Below are positions 19,150 through 29,419 of a stretch of DNA of 64,000 nt, in pieces (positions within the stretch are counted from its first letter, which is position 1; every line of letters starts with the position of its first letter). Under the pieces are notes generated by a model. It was given only the letters and a program-made list of their open reading frames with translations, did not search any database and was not told the DNA's origin. The stretch comes from Alphaproteobacteria bacterium UBA1185. GTDB lineage: Bacteria; Pseudomonadota; Alphaproteobacteria; Rs-D84. The stretch spans positions 64,009 to 128,008 of the forward strand of contig DBYN01000004.1 of assembly GCA_002310415.1 (NCBI GenBank), read 5' to 3'. The position numbers were made by a program, and so were the translations under genes.

Positions 19150-19884
19150 TTATTTTTGTCTTGATTTTGCGACCAAGGTTCCCAAATCTTCGGGTGTAAA
19201 TGTTCCACGAACGCGAATTGGTATATTATGTTGTTGTGCGGTCATAACACTGCGTGGATGCAATACTTTGGCACCATTGTTTGCCATTTTTAACATATCA
19301 TCATAAGATACAAAATCTAATTTTTTTGCATCCTTTACAACGTTCGGGTCGGCATCATACACACCATCAACATCAGTATAAATATCACAATAATCTGCAC
19401 CAATTGCTGCAGCAATCGCGACCGCCGATGTATCCGAACCCTCACGCCCCAATGTCGTAATATCTTTGTTATACGTTATACCCTGAAAACCGGTAATAAC
19501 AGGGATAGTTCCTTTTGACCAATCTTGCCAAATTGGTGCAGTAATATATTTAATTTTCGCATCACCAAATTTGTCATCAGTCCATATTCCCATTTGCAAA
19601 GCATTATAACTGCGCGCTGGACAACCAATCGCATTTAATGCCATTGCCAACAAAGCGACAGATGTACATTCGCCAGTTGATAACAATGCGTCCAATTCAC
19701 GTAAATTTGGTTTATCTGTAATTTGATGTGCCAAGTTCGTCAAAGCATTTGTTGTTTTACCCATCGCAGAAACAACCACGGCGATTTCCGCCGTTTGGCG
19801 CTGTTCGGCGATAATATTTGCAACGTTTTTTATTTTACCAATATCAGCGACAGAAGTTCCGCCGAATTTCATAACTATTTTCAT
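19150..19884 (-). CDS. Aspartate kinase catalytic (amino-acid kinase) domain only, 244 aa, no ACT domains
   Basis: Motifs MKFGGTSVAD, LGREGSDTSAVAIAAAIGADYCDIYTDVDGVYDADP and GAKVLHPRSV match aspartokinase. The ORF stops right after the catalytic domain. Confidence 0.8.
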   Translation of the reverse strand: MKIVMKFGGTSVADIGKIKNVANIIAEQRQTAEIAVVVSAMGKTTNALTNLAHQITDKPNLRELDALLSTGECTSVALLAMALNAIGCPARSYNALQMGIWTDDKFGDAKIKYITAPIWQDWSKGTIPVITGFQGITYNKDITTLGREGSDTSAVAIAAAIGADYCDIYTDVDGVYDADPNVVKDAKKLDFVSYDDMLKMANNGAKVLHPRSVMTAQQHNIPIRVRGTFTPEDLGTLVAKSRQK

Positions 19885-19910
19885 TATCGTTACCTGTTTA
19901 TAAAAAACAA

Positions 19911-20570
19911 CTAGCCCTTAAATCCCATAGCAACGATAAACATTTCCACAGAATCTTTACGTGAAGCTGGCGGTTTAATATGATGAACCGTTTCAAAGTG
20001 TTCTTTGATTTGTTTTAACAAATCGTTTGTTGTACCACCTGTAAAAGATTTAGCAACAAATGTTCCGCCCACTTTTAACGCACGTAACGCAAAATCCAGC
20101 GCATATTCTAACAAAACCATTTGACGAATATGGTCTGTCTTTTTATGTCCAACTGTATTTGGTGCCATATCAGACATAACAACATCTGCTGTGCCACGTC
20201 CCATCTCATCATGCGACAAATTTAATTTGTCTTCCAACCATTTTAATGCTTCATCAGTTGTAAAATCACCCTGATAAAATTCTACATTATTTATTGGTTT
20301 TATTTCCAGCAAATCCATCGCAAAAATTCTAGATTTTGGATATTTTCGTGCCACATACTGTGACCAAGAACCTGGCGCTGCCCCCAAATCAACCACAACT
20401 TGACCGTTACGAAAGAAATGATATTTCTCATCCATTTCTATGATTTTGAACGCGGCACGCGCACGATAGCCCTCTTTCTGGGCTTTGGCAACGTAAGGAT
20501 CAGATGCCTGACGTTGTATCCAAGCCACCGAAGATTTACGCGCCGCAATTTTTTTATTCAAAATCTTCAT
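19911..20570 (-). CDS. rlmE: 23S rRNA (uridine-2'-O)-methyltransferase RlmE/FtsJ
   Basis: Motifs YRARAAFKIIEMDEKY and VVDLGAAPGSWSQ. The track start is a TTG at 20576; the ATG at 20570 was used. Confidence 0.9.
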   Translation of the reverse strand: MKILNKKIAARKSSVAWIQRQASDPYVAKAQKEGYRARAAFKIIEMDEKYHFFRNGQVVVDLGAAPGSWSQYVARKYPKSRIFAMDLLEIKPINNVEFYQGDFTTDEALKWLEDKLNLSHDEMGRGTADVVMSDMAPNTVGHKKTDHIRQMVLLEYALDFALRALKVGGTFVAKSFTGGTTNDLLKQIKEHFETVHHIKPPASRKDSVEMFIVAMGFKG

Positions 20571-20579
20571 TATCAAATA

Positions 20580-21062
20580 TTATTGCTGACCGTTTTTCAA
20601 TTTTTCCATAACGGCTTCCATACCACCCATTTTCTGAATCATAGCCATTTGCTGTTTCATCTTGGTATATTGTTTGATTATGTGTTCTACTTCGCGAACT
20701 GTGCAACCTGCTGTTTCTGCGATACGAGCCTTGGCATTTGCAAATATTTTTTCTGGGTCAGCGCGTTCTTCTGCACTCATTGCTTCCAAAATTTTTATTT
20801 GTGCATCAACACTGCCATCTGCTATTTTTTCCTTCATGGCATTCACAGCATCTTTCATACCCGGGACCATTTTCAACAGCCCACTGAAATTGCTCATCTT
20901 CTTAATCTGCTTTAATTGTGCCAACATATCATTCATGTCAAATTGACCCGCCATCATACGTTGCGCAGTTTCTTTCATGCCAGATGGCATTTTGGCTGCT
21001 TCTTGTTCCAAATCATTGATGTCGTTTTGTGCTTTTGCTTTCTTTTTACCGAATCCAAACAT
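20580..21062 (-). CDS. Stand-alone SRP54/Ffh M-domain-like protein (160 aa)
   Basis: The Met-rich sequence GQFDMNDMLAQLKQIKKMSNFSGLLKMVPGM...ILEAMSAEERADPEKI...ARIAETAGCTVREVEHIIKQYTKMKQQM aligns by eye with the Ffh M domain. No NG (GTPase) domain is present in or next to the ORF. Confidence 0.75.
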   Translation of the reverse strand: MFGFGKKKAKAQNDINDLEQEAAKMPSGMKETAQRMMAGQFDMNDMLAQLKQIKKMSNFSGLLKMVPGMKDAVNAMKEKIADGSVDAQIKILEAMSAEERADPEKIFANAKARIAETAGCTVREVEHIIKQYTKMKQQMAMIQKMGGMEAVMEKLKNGQQ

Positions 21063-21073
21063 ACGCGTTCTCC

Positions 21074-21400
21074 TTATTTACCATGAGATTTATCGTCCAT
21101 AACTTTACCAGTATAATACATTTTGATAATACGTAACGATTCATATAGTGCTGCTTCTTCATCGATTGACATGCATTCTACAGCTTTACGTAAAGAATAT
21201 GTATCTGCCAAAGCAAGATGTATTTTTTTGTTATCATCACCTTTTGCTTTTAAATGCTCAATTTGTTCAGCTATTTTATCGCCTTCATTGCCATGTCTAT
21301 TGTTAAACACTCTTGTCCAATATGCCCATCGTTCTTTATGTTTGTTAATCGCATTTAAAACTACCTGTTTGTTTACATTAAATTCTACCCGCATAGTCAT
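21074..21400 (-). CDS. Hypothetical protein (108 aa)
   Basis: ATG at 21400 (MTMRVEF...) is preceded by AAAGGAG. It lies between uvrA and the M-domain gene. Confidence 0.5.
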   Translation of the reverse strand: MTMRVEFNVNKQVVLNAINKHKERWAYWTRVFNNRHGNEGDKIAEQIEHLKAKGDDNKKIHLALADTYSLRKAVECMSIDEEAALYESLRIIKMYYTGKVMDDKSHGK

Positions 21401-21443
21401 TTTATTACTCCTTTGTTTTAATCGTTTACTAGCGATAAACATC

Positions 21444-24302
21444 CTACTTATTTTTCTTAGGTTTGTCCAGATACTTTTTCAAATATTGTCCGGTCAAAGA
21501 ATCAGGATTTTTTGCTATATCTTCTGGTGTCCCGGTTGCTATAATCTGACCGCCACCTGCACCACCGCTTGGCCCCAAATCAATAATCCAATCGGCTGTT
21601 TTAATAACTTCCAAATTATGTTCTATGACAATGACCGTATTTCCCTGGTCAACCAATTCATGTAATACATACAATAAAGATTTTATATCTTCAAAATGTA
21701 ATCCTGTTGTTGGTTCGTCCAGAATATAAATTGTTTGACCAGTACTGCGTGCTGCCAATTCTTTGGATAATTTGATACGTTGTGCCTCACCGCCCGATAA
21801 ATCCAAAGAACTTTGTCCCAATTTAATATAATCCAATCCCACACGTTTTAACAAAGCCAATTTACGTTCAATTTTGGGAACATTTACAAAAAATCTGTAT
21901 GCTTCTTCGACCGTCATATTTAACACATCAGCAATAGATTTACCTTTGTATTTAACAGCCAATGTTTCATCATTATATCTTTGCCCATGACATTTATCAC
22001 ATTCAACGTAAATATCAGCCAAGAAATTCATTTCTATTTTAATTTGACCGTCCCCCTGACAGGCTTCACAGCGACCACCTTTGACATTGAACGAAAAACG
22101 TCCTGCATCATATCCACGCGCTTTGGCTTCCGGTAAGGCCGCAAAGAAATCACGAATATCATTAAACACACCAACATAAGTCGCTGGATTACTGCGCGGA
22201 CTGCGCCCAATAGGCGATTGGTCTATGTCAACAACTTTATCTATATTTTCAATACCACGAATAATATCATGCGCACCCGCCTCTAATTTAGAATTGTATA
22301 ACACACGCATTATTGCAGGGTATAATGTGTTTAACAACAAAGTAGATTTTCCAGACCCAGACACACCCGTCAAAGCAATAAATTTTCCCAACGGAAAATC
22401 CACACTTATATTTTTAAGATTATTTTCGCGCGCACCTTCTATTCTTATGAATTTACCGTTACCAGTACGACGTTCCTTGGGAATCTCTATCTTGCGTTTA
22501 CCCGACAAATATTGACCTGTCAAAGAATCAGGATTTTTGATAACCTGCGCCGGCGTACCAGATGCAACGACATTTCCGCCGTTTATTCCCGCTCCACGAC
22601 CAATATCAACCAAATAATCCGCCTGACGCATCATGTCTTCATCATGTTCAACCACAATAACCGTATTGTCTTTGTCGCGCAACATTTTAAGTGTATCTAT
22701 CAATTTATCATTATCACTTTGATGCAAACCGATAGACGGTTCATCCAAAACATAAAGCACGCCAGATAAACCACTGCCAATTTGTGAAGCCAATCTTATA
22801 CGTTGTGCTTCCCCACCAGACAAAGTTCCGGCCATACGCGACATTGTCAAATACCCAAGCCCGACATTTTGTAAAAAATATAATCTGGATGTAATTTCAC
22901 GCACAATCATATTCGCAATATCATTTTCTTTTTGGGTTAAATGATTTGGCAAATCTTGAAACCATTTCAAAGATTCGTCCACAGACATATCACAAACATC
23001 CATAATATCGCACCCATTTATTTTTATACATAATGCCTGAATATTCAAACGCTTGCCATGACAAACTGGACACTCTATTTCAGATTGATATTTTGATAAT
23101 TCGTTTCGCATAGATTCAGAATCTGATTCACGCAATCTACGTTCCAGATTTGGAATAACACCTTCAAAAGGCTTTTCATACACATAACCATTCCAATTCA
23201 CTTTGATTGGTTCATCACCAGTCCCATATAAAATAATATCTTTTTCGTTTTTAGATAACGCGTGCCAAGGTTTAGATAACGGTATTTTATATTTTTTATG
23301 CAAAGCATCTATGATATTTTCGTATTGACTTAACATACCGCCACGCGACCAAGGCGCAATCGCACCACCCAAAATAGATTTTGTAGTATCAGGCACAATC
23401 AAATCGGGTGAAACATTTAATTGAACCCCCAACCCATCACAAGCACTACATGCGCCCACTGGGGCATTAAAGGAAAATAATCTTGGTTCTATTTTTGGAA
23501 CAGTAAACCCGCTAACTGGACATGCATATTCTTGGGAATACAAGGAATCTTCACCTGTATCTAATCTGCGTACAATAACCGCACCCGGCACCAAACGTAG
23601 CGAGGCTTCAAAAGAAGAATATAATCGCGAACGAAATTCTTCCATTTCTTCATCTGACAAAGGTTTATCCGGCATCGCAACTCTGTCTATTATCACAAAA
23701 ATATTATGTTTTTTATTTTTATCCAATGCCGGCACAGAAGCCAAATCATACAATACACCATCAACAATTGCGCGCTGATACCCCTGTTTTATCAAAAACG
23801 CTATTTCTTTTTTGTATTCACCCTTTCTTTCACGCACCATAGGTGCCAATATATAAAACTTTGTACCATTTGGAATTTTCAAAGTCCAATCAACCATTTC
23901 AGCAATAGTCTGAGATTTTATTGGCAATCCAGTAACAGGCGAATACGGTATACCTATGCGCGCCCACAATAAACGCAGATAATCATATATTTCCGTTACA
24001 GTTCCAACTGTAGAACGCGGATTTTTTGACGTAGTTTTTTGTTCAATTGAAATTGCAGGAGATAAACCTTCAATTAAATCAACATCAGGCTTTTTCTGCA
24101 TATCCAAAAATTGACGCGCATAACTGGACAAAGATTCGACATATCTGCGCTGACCTTCGGCATATATTGTATTAAAAGCCAAAGACGATTTTCCAGACCC
24201 AGATACACCAGTTAACACCACCAATTTATTCTTTGGTAGATCTAAATCTATGTTTTTAAGATTGTTTTCGCGCGCACCGCGAATTTTTATAAATCCTGTC
24301 AT
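21444..24302 (-). CDS. uvrA: Excinuclease ABC subunit A
   Basis: 952 aa with two ABC modules ([23 protein letters not shown]; LSGGEAQRI twice) and Cys-cluster zinc modules. Confidence 0.98.
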   Translation of the reverse strand: MTGFIKIRGARENNLKNIDLDLPKNKLVVLTGVSGSGKSSLAFNTIYAEGQRRYVESLSSYARQFLDMQKKPDVDLIEGLSPAISIEQKTTSKNPRSTVGTVTEIYDYLRLLWARIGIPYSPVTGLPIKSQTIAEMVDWTLKIPNGTKFYILAPMVRERKGEYKKEIAFLIKQGYQRAIVDGVLYDLASVPALDKNKKHNIFVIIDRVAMPDKPLSDEEMEEFRSRLYSSFEASLRLVPGAVIVRRLDTGEDSLYSQEYACPVSGFTVPKIEPRLFSFNAPVGACSACDGLGVQLNVSPDLIVPDTTKSILGGAIAPWSRGGMLSQYENIIDALHKKYKIPLSKPWHALSKNEKDIILYGTGDEPIKVNWNGYVYEKPFEGVIPNLERRLRESDSESMRNELSKYQSEIECPVCHGKRLNIQALCIKINGCDIMDVCDMSVDESLKWFQDLPNHLTQKENDIANMIVREITSRLYFLQNVGLGYLTMSRMAGTLSGGEAQRIRLASQIGSGLSGVLYVLDEPSIGLHQSDNDKLIDTLKMLRDKDNTVIVVEHDEDMMRQADYLVDIGRGAGINGGNVVASGTPAQVIKNPDSLTGQYLSGKRKIEIPKERRTGNGKFIRIEGARENNLKNISVDFPLGKFIALTGVSGSGKSTLLLNTLYPAIMRVLYNSKLEAGAHDIIRGIENIDKVVDIDQSPIGRSPRSNPATYVGVFNDIRDFFAALPEAKARGYDAGRFSFNVKGGRCEACQGDGQIKIEMNFLADIYVECDKCHGQRYNDETLAVKYKGKSIADVLNMTVEEAYRFFVNVPKIERKLALLKRVGLDYIKLGQSSLDLSGGEAQRIKLSKELAARSTGQTIYILDEPTTGLHFEDIKSLLYVLHELVDQGNTVIVIEHNLEVIKTADWIIDLGPSGGAGGGQIIATGTPEDIAKNPDSLTGQYLKKYLDKPKKNK

Positions 24303-24357
24303 GGCATTTATAAAATAGTGTAAAAAAACAAAAAATCAATATATATGGTACAAAAAA

Positions 24358-25215
24358 TTATTCTGCAACACCGGCTGTTTTCAAAGCATTTGGGGCCATA
24401 GATATACCAGATTTACGTGTATTTGCGGCACCTAATTTATTCATCAATTGACCGTCAACCCACACATCTATTGCACCAACATTTCCAAATGTTGCCTTGA
24501 AATTATCACCATTTGGCATGTAATAAACATCACCTTGGGATAAAACACGTGAAAAAACAGAATTACCTTTGGCGTCATCTATTTTAACCCAAGATTCTTT
24601 TTCTGCCTGTAATACAACACGTGATTCAGAAACATTTTTTTCACCAAATTTTTCACGCACAGGGTATCTGAAATTTGGTTCTGTCGATACAACCGCAACA
24701 ACGGTTTCTATTTCAGTTTGCCCTTCTGATACAGTGTTTTCCTTTTTACCAGCCAAAATAAATATTAACACCAAACCAATCAGCATAACAGCAAAAACAC
24801 TTGCGAACCAAATCCAGTGTTTTTTTACATACTGTACAGATGATTTAAACCATCTAAGTAATAATTCTTTGTCAATCTTTATTTTACGTTTTGGTTTTTC
24901 TGGTACATTCTCGACTTCTTCCACCGCTTCATCTTTGATTATACCCAATTCACGTTTTAACTTTGCAATAACTTCCTCTGGATTTAATCCAAGTTCTGTA
25001 GCATAACTGCGCGCAAAACCCAAAATATAAACATCTTCTGGAATGATACGATAATTGCCCTCTTCCAAAGCAATCAAAAACTCTTCTCGAATACACAACA
25101 ACTTTGCAATCGTTGCGATTTCACGTTTTCTACGACCAGTTGTACGAGCATTACGCAATATTTCACCCACAGTCATTTCTGTTTTATTTTGTAATGTTTC
25201 TTGTTTTTCTTCCAT
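24358..25215 (-). CDS. rodZ: RodZ-like cytoskeleton protein (HTH + TM + C-terminal domain)
   Basis: N-terminal XRE-type HTH (TVGEILRNARTTGRRKREIATIAKLLCIREEFLIALEEGNY), one TM segment, and a C-terminal ESWVKIDD...GNVGAIDVWVDG pattern. ATG at 25215 follows AAGGA. Confidence 0.7.
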   Translation of the reverse strand: MEEKQETLQNKTEMTVGEILRNARTTGRRKREIATIAKLLCIREEFLIALEEGNYRIIPEDVYILGFARSYATELGLNPEEVIAKLKRELGIIKDEAVEEVENVPEKPKRKIKIDKELLLRWFKSSVQYVKKHWIWFASVFAVMLIGLVLIFILAGKKENTVSEGQTEIETVVAVVSTEPNFRYPVREKFGEKNVSESRVVLQAEKESWVKIDDAKGNSVFSRVLSQGDVYYMPNGDNFKATFGNVGAIDVWVDGQLMNKLGAANTRKSGISMAPNALKTAGVAE

Positions 25216-25262
25216 GATTAAATCCTTTGATATTGGTATGTTATGACAGAATATACCAAAAG

Positions 25263-26180
25263 TCAATCTACCAACCAAAAATCTTTTATAGCCTGTCTTA
25301 ATTCACTTTCATCCGTTATCTGATTTACTTTTATACGAAATTGCGCAGAATTAGGCAGCCCAGCAGAATACCACGCAACATGTTTACGAAACATAGGAAT
25401 TGCTACCTTAACCCCGTAATATTCAATCATGTAATCCAAATGGTTTAAAACCGTTACACCAATATTTTTTGGTTTTCGACACAAACCACAAAACCGCCCA
25501 AAAATCCATGGTTGTCCAAGCATTCCACGTCCGATCATTGCACCATCATACCCCAATTGTTGCACATCTTCTATGTCTTCAACAGATTTTATATCACCAT
25601 TAGCAATAATCGGCAACGGCAAATCTGGTTTCATTGGTAAAACAGACTTTCCAGAATATCCTTGGGCGCGTGTTCTACCATGAATTGTTACAAACGCAGC
25701 GCCAGATTCTGCGGCAATTCGAACCAGGTCCCGCCAATCTTTATGTTCTTCATCCCATCCTAAACGCGTTTTAACAGATACAGGTATTTGAACAGATTTT
25801 ACACAACTTTCTATTATACGACCAGCCAATACATGGTCTTTCATCAAAAAAGCCCCAGCCCCGGCACGCGTTGCAACTTTGGGTACTGGACAGCCCATAT
25901 TTATATCTATCCATTTTGCACCAGAATCTTGTAAAATCTTTGCTGCCTGCCCCATTAAATCAGGTTCTGCACCGAATATCTGCGCACCTATATTTCCTTC
26001 ATCGTCATAATTATCAAAATTACGAATACAATTTTTATGCCCCTCCACTAACGAATGACAAGATATCATTTCTGTTACCATTGAAACATCAGGCGCAAAT
26101 TGACGTACAATTTTACGAAATGGCTTGTCTGTTATCCCAGCCATAGGCGCAACAAAAATTTGACTGTTTTTATTAAACAT
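25263..26180 (-). CDS. dus: tRNA-dihydrouridine synthase
   Basis: Motifs VAPMAGITDKPFRK, IDINMGCPVPKV and HGRTRAQGYSG. The start is uncertain (ATG 26180 or 26201). The upstream part of the track ORF overlaps the divergent ftsB-like gene. Confidence 0.88.
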   Translation of the reverse strand: MFNKNSQIFVAPMAGITDKPFRKIVRQFAPDVSMVTEMISCHSLVEGHKNCIRNFDNYDDEGNIGAQIFGAEPDLMGQAAKILQDSGAKWIDINMGCPVPKVATRAGAGAFLMKDHVLAGRIIESCVKSVQIPVSVKTRLGWDEEHKDWRDLVRIAAESGAAFVTIHGRTRAQGYSGKSVLPMKPDLPLPIIANGDIKSVEDIEDVQQLGYDGAMIGRGMLGQPWIFGRFCGLCRKPKNIGVTVLNHLDYMIEYYGVKVAIPMFRKHVAWYSAGLPNSAQFRIKVNQITDESELRQAIKDFWLVD

Positions 26181-26199
26181 TTGTGATATAATAAACGAC

Positions 26200-26526
26200 A
26201 TGTGGTCAAAAATCAAAAAATTCTTTGCGTTTTTAAAAAGTGCTTGGCTTGGTGGTGCGCGCGGTAAATGGGGTATTTTATTTATGATTACCGCTTTGTT
26301 TTTCTTTGTTCGATTATTTTGTGGCACACAGAATGTGCAAAATTTCATTATAAACACATGGCGATTAAATCACAAACGCACAGAGTTGGATATTGCTCAA
26401 AAGAATCTAAAACAAATGCAAAATCACATATACCTGCTGCAACACACATCACCAGATTATGTCGAAGAATTGGGGTTAAAGACATTAAACCTGGGCAACC
26501 CCGAATTTAAAGAATTAAAATATTAA
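26200..26526 (+). CDS. ftsB: Septum formation initiator (FtsB/DivIC-like)
   Basis: Single TM segment (WGILFMITALFFFVRLF), then a coiled coil (ELDIAQKNLKQMQNHIYLL), then a DYVEELGLKTLNLGNP tail. Confidence 0.6.
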   Translation: MWSKIKKFFAFLKSAWLGGARGKWGILFMITALFFFVRLFCGTQNVQNFIINTWRLNHKRTELDIAQKNLKQMQNHIYLLQHTSPDYVEELGLKTLNLGNPEFKELKY

Positions 26527-26591
26527 AATAACCACCCCCAATTATAAATCCTTATTTAGTAGTCTGATTGAGCGATTATCACAAAAAACAC

Positions 26592-26619
26592 TTGACATAT
26601 ATGTTTTTTGTATTATATT
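26592..26619 (+). promoter_or_regulatory. Candidate sigma70 promoter TTGACA-16-TATATT
   Basis: The hexamers were read directly, about 60 nt upstream of the 26678 ATG. Confidence 0.5.
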
Positions 26620-26677
26620 TTGATTATTAAGAGAAAAATCTTGAACACAAAAACAACTAAACCAAAAGGAAAAACAC

Positions 26678-27115
26678 ATGTTTTCAGAACAAGACTACGT
26701 AGATGCTTTAAAATTTTGTAAAGAACAAAACTACCCTTTGAACAACCTAGGAGTTGTCACAAGAATCCGCCCAAACACCAGCGACAATAATTTGTACAAT
26801 ATAGTAGAAGTAGTACGACTAAGCACATTCCTACGTGAAGAAATGCGTGAATACTGTTCTAGTTGTTCTGGTATGTACCGTGTAGGTAATGAAGGATCAG
26901 AACATAGTTGTTGCGAGATGGATGAAGACGGTGACGTAGATTTAAAATTTTACACCAAAATTGGTGATGTTGTTTTACTTGGTAGAGACAACACTCGGAC
27001 GAGTCATCCATATGCGATTGTACAAAATATTAGATACGAAATGATGCTTGAAAACTTAAAACGCGCAAAAAATAAAGTTTTTGGCAACATAGTAGAAAAT
27101 CAACAACAGAAATAA
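26678..27115 (+). CDS. Hypothetical protein, 145 aa
   Basis: ATG with AAAAGGA upstream, and a terminator hairpin downstream. Confidence 0.55.
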   Translation: MFSEQDYVDALKFCKEQNYPLNNLGVVTRIRPNTSDNNLYNIVEVVRLSTFLREEMREYCSSCSGMYRVGNEGSEHSCCEMDEDGDVDLKFYTKIGDVVLLGRDNTRTSHPYAIVQNIRYEMMLENLKRAKNKVFGNIVENQQQK

Positions 27116-27123
27116 AAAATAGA

Positions 27124-27151
27124 TAAAACCCTGAAATTTTCAGGGTTTTTC
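27124..27151. terminator. Bidirectional terminator
   Basis: ACCCTGA-aatttt-CAGGGT flanked by AAAA and TTTTT, between convergent genes. Confidence 0.8.
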
Positions 27152-27166
27152 TTTACACAATAAATC

Positions 27167-27646
27167 TTAGTTTAAATAAATTATCATCGCATTCAGATAG
27201 AACGCAAACATCAGCCAGATTATGTACGGTATAACCAACCAGAAAGATGCTTGACGGATTCTGTAAAATGCGCGCGCCATAAATATAGCAGTGATAATCA
27301 ATGCAGTTAATACTATTAATGCTGCTTCTGGTAAATGCGCACCAAAAAACACAAACGACCATAAAAAATTAAGCACTATGTTTATACCAAATGCAGTATA
27401 CGCACCAACTTTATCGTGACGACTTGAATTTTTATTACGTTGCATAACCAAAAATAATGCCAAACCGATAAGAAAATATAATATTGTCCAAACAACACTG
27501 AACACCCAACCATCTGGGGTCAAAACAGAATTGTTTAGTGTGGCATACCACGCATCTTGACCAGATTGTATTGGCGAAAAAAATATTCCCAATAATCCAG
27601 GCAAAAAAGACAAAACCATTGCCAGAACAAATTTCCAAAAAGCCAT
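27167..27646 (-). CDS. tspO: TspO/MBR family tryptophan-rich sensory protein
   Basis: Five-TM pattern with WYATLNNSVLTPDGWVFSVVWTILY, typical of TspO. SD AAAAGGAG lies upstream. Confidence 0.85.
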   Translation of the reverse strand: MAFWKFVLAMVLSFLPGLLGIFFSPIQSGQDAWYATLNNSVLTPDGWVFSVVWTILYFLIGLALFLVMQRNKNSSRHDKVGAYTAFGINIVLNFLWSFVFFGAHLPEAALIVLTALIITAIFMARAFYRIRQASFWLVIPYIIWLMFAFYLNAMIIYLN

Positions 27647-27820
27647 TTTTTACTCCTTTTGTTTCACAGAAAGTATACCACCCAAAAAAACATAAACCTA
27701 TTGGAAAGAATTCATAGAAAAAAACTAAAAAATATGATATAATGTAACTTGAAAAAAATCGTGGCATGCGGTTTATTTCACTTGTCTAAAAACCACCGAA
27801 TTCTAAAAACGGTGGTTTTT

Positions 27821-29347
27821 TTATTTATTATTCACGCCATACTTGCCACGATTGATTGGACGATAAGAAATCGCCTCTGCTAAATCTGCCATTATAATAT
27901 TGTCATCACCGCGCAAATCTGCAATTGTACGTGCCAAACGTTTAATACGATTATAACCACGCGCAGACAAACCCATTTTTTCAGCTGCTGTATTCAGAAA
28001 CTCTGTTAATTCGTCGGTTAAAACAACATATTTGTCCATATCTGCACCATCCAAAAGTGCATTCATATACCCCTGACGTTTAATCTGTTTTTGACGCGCA
28101 GCCACAACCCTTTCACGAATTTGCGCACTAGTTTCCACGTTTTCGTCTTTGACTTTGTTCATTTCCCATGGATTCACAGCATCAACATCAACATGTAAAT
28201 CGATTCGGTCTAACAAAGGTCCAGATATTTTATTTTGATATGCTTCCGCACAACGGGGGGCACGAGAACAAGACAAAGCCGCATTTCCCAGATGTCCACA
28301 AGGACATGGATTCATCGCGGCGATCAATTGAAAATGTGCAGGGTAAGTTGAATTACGTTTAGCACGCGAAATCACAATTTTGCCAGATTCCATTGGTTGA
28401 CGTAATATTTCCAATGTCGCACGATTAAATTCAGGTAATTCATCTAAAAATAAAACCCCGTTATGCGCCAAAGATATTTCACCAGGTTTTGCATCACTGC
28501 CCCCACCAGCCAGCGCAACAGGGCTTGCCGTATGATGCACACTGCGAAATGGACGATTATATATCAAAGCCTGTCCATCTAACTTACCCGCTATTGAATA
28601 AATTATCGATGTTTCTAAAACCTCATTTGCGGTCATCTCTGGCATAATAGTTGGTAATCTTGATGCCAACATTGTTTTTCCAGATCCCGGTGGTCCCACC
28701 ATTAACATAGCATGTCCACCCGCAGCAGCAATTTCCAAAGCACGTTTAGCAGCCTGTTGACCATGAACTTCTGATAAATCACCAACTTTTGTATCTGATT
28801 CTGCAATCTTCATCATTTGTGGCAATGGCAAAATCTGCGTCCCATGAAAATGATTTATTAAATCAAGAACATGATTTGGTGCCAGTATATTTGTATGGCC
28901 AGCCCAACGAGCCTCTGAACCTTGAACCCCGGGACAAATGATGCCCAGATTATTATTATTCGCCCAAACACTGGCTGGTAAAACACCACCAGTTCGAACA
29001 ACTGCACCGTCTAAACCTATTTCACCGATAATTACATATTCAGACAATTTATCTTCGGGCAACACACCCATAGCACACAAAATGCCACATAAAATTGGCA
29101 AATCAAAATGCGAACCGGTCTTTTCTATATCTGCAGGCGATAAATTCACAGTCAATCTTTTAGACGGCAAAGACAAATTCAACGCAGATAATGCATTACG
29201 TATTCTTTCAGCAGATTCTTTGACCGCCCTGTCTGCCAAACCGATGATATTAAATTCAGGCTTTGCAAAGCCGGCAGACAATTGTACTTGGACATCTATT
29301 GGTGTGATATCCATGCCATTAAAAATTATAGATTTTAAATTTATCAT
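27821..29347 (-). CDS. comM: Mg-chelatase-like ATPase YifB/ComM
   Basis: Walker A MLMVGPPGSGKTMLA and Walker B GVLFLDELPEF, with a Lon-like N-terminal domain. The start was chosen at ATG 29347 (MINLKS...). Confidence 0.9.
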   Translation of the reverse strand: MINLKSIIFNGMDITPIDVQVQLSAGFAKPEFNIIGLADRAVKESAERIRNALSALNLSLPSKRLTVNLSPADIEKTGSHFDLPILCGILCAMGVLPEDKLSEYVIIGEIGLDGAVVRTGGVLPASVWANNNNLGIICPGVQGSEARWAGHTNILAPNHVLDLINHFHGTQILPLPQMMKIAESDTKVGDLSEVHGQQAAKRALEIAAAGGHAMLMVGPPGSGKTMLASRLPTIMPEMTANEVLETSIIYSIAGKLDGQALIYNRPFRSVHHTASPVALAGGGSDAKPGEISLAHNGVLFLDELPEFNRATLEILRQPMESGKIVISRAKRNSTYPAHFQLIAAMNPCPCGHLGNAALSCSRAPRCAEAYQNKISGPLLDRIDLHVDVDAVNPWEMNKVKDENVETSAQIRERVVAARQKQIKRQGYMNALLDGADMDKYVVLTDELTEFLNTAAEKMGLSARGYNRIKRLARTIADLRGDDNIIMADLAEAISYRPINRGKYGVNNK

Positions 29348-29419
29348 AAAATACATATTAAAACTTGCACATATTGTTTTCAAGGTCTAAAATACGTTCA
29401 TCAGAAAAAGGATAAAAAT

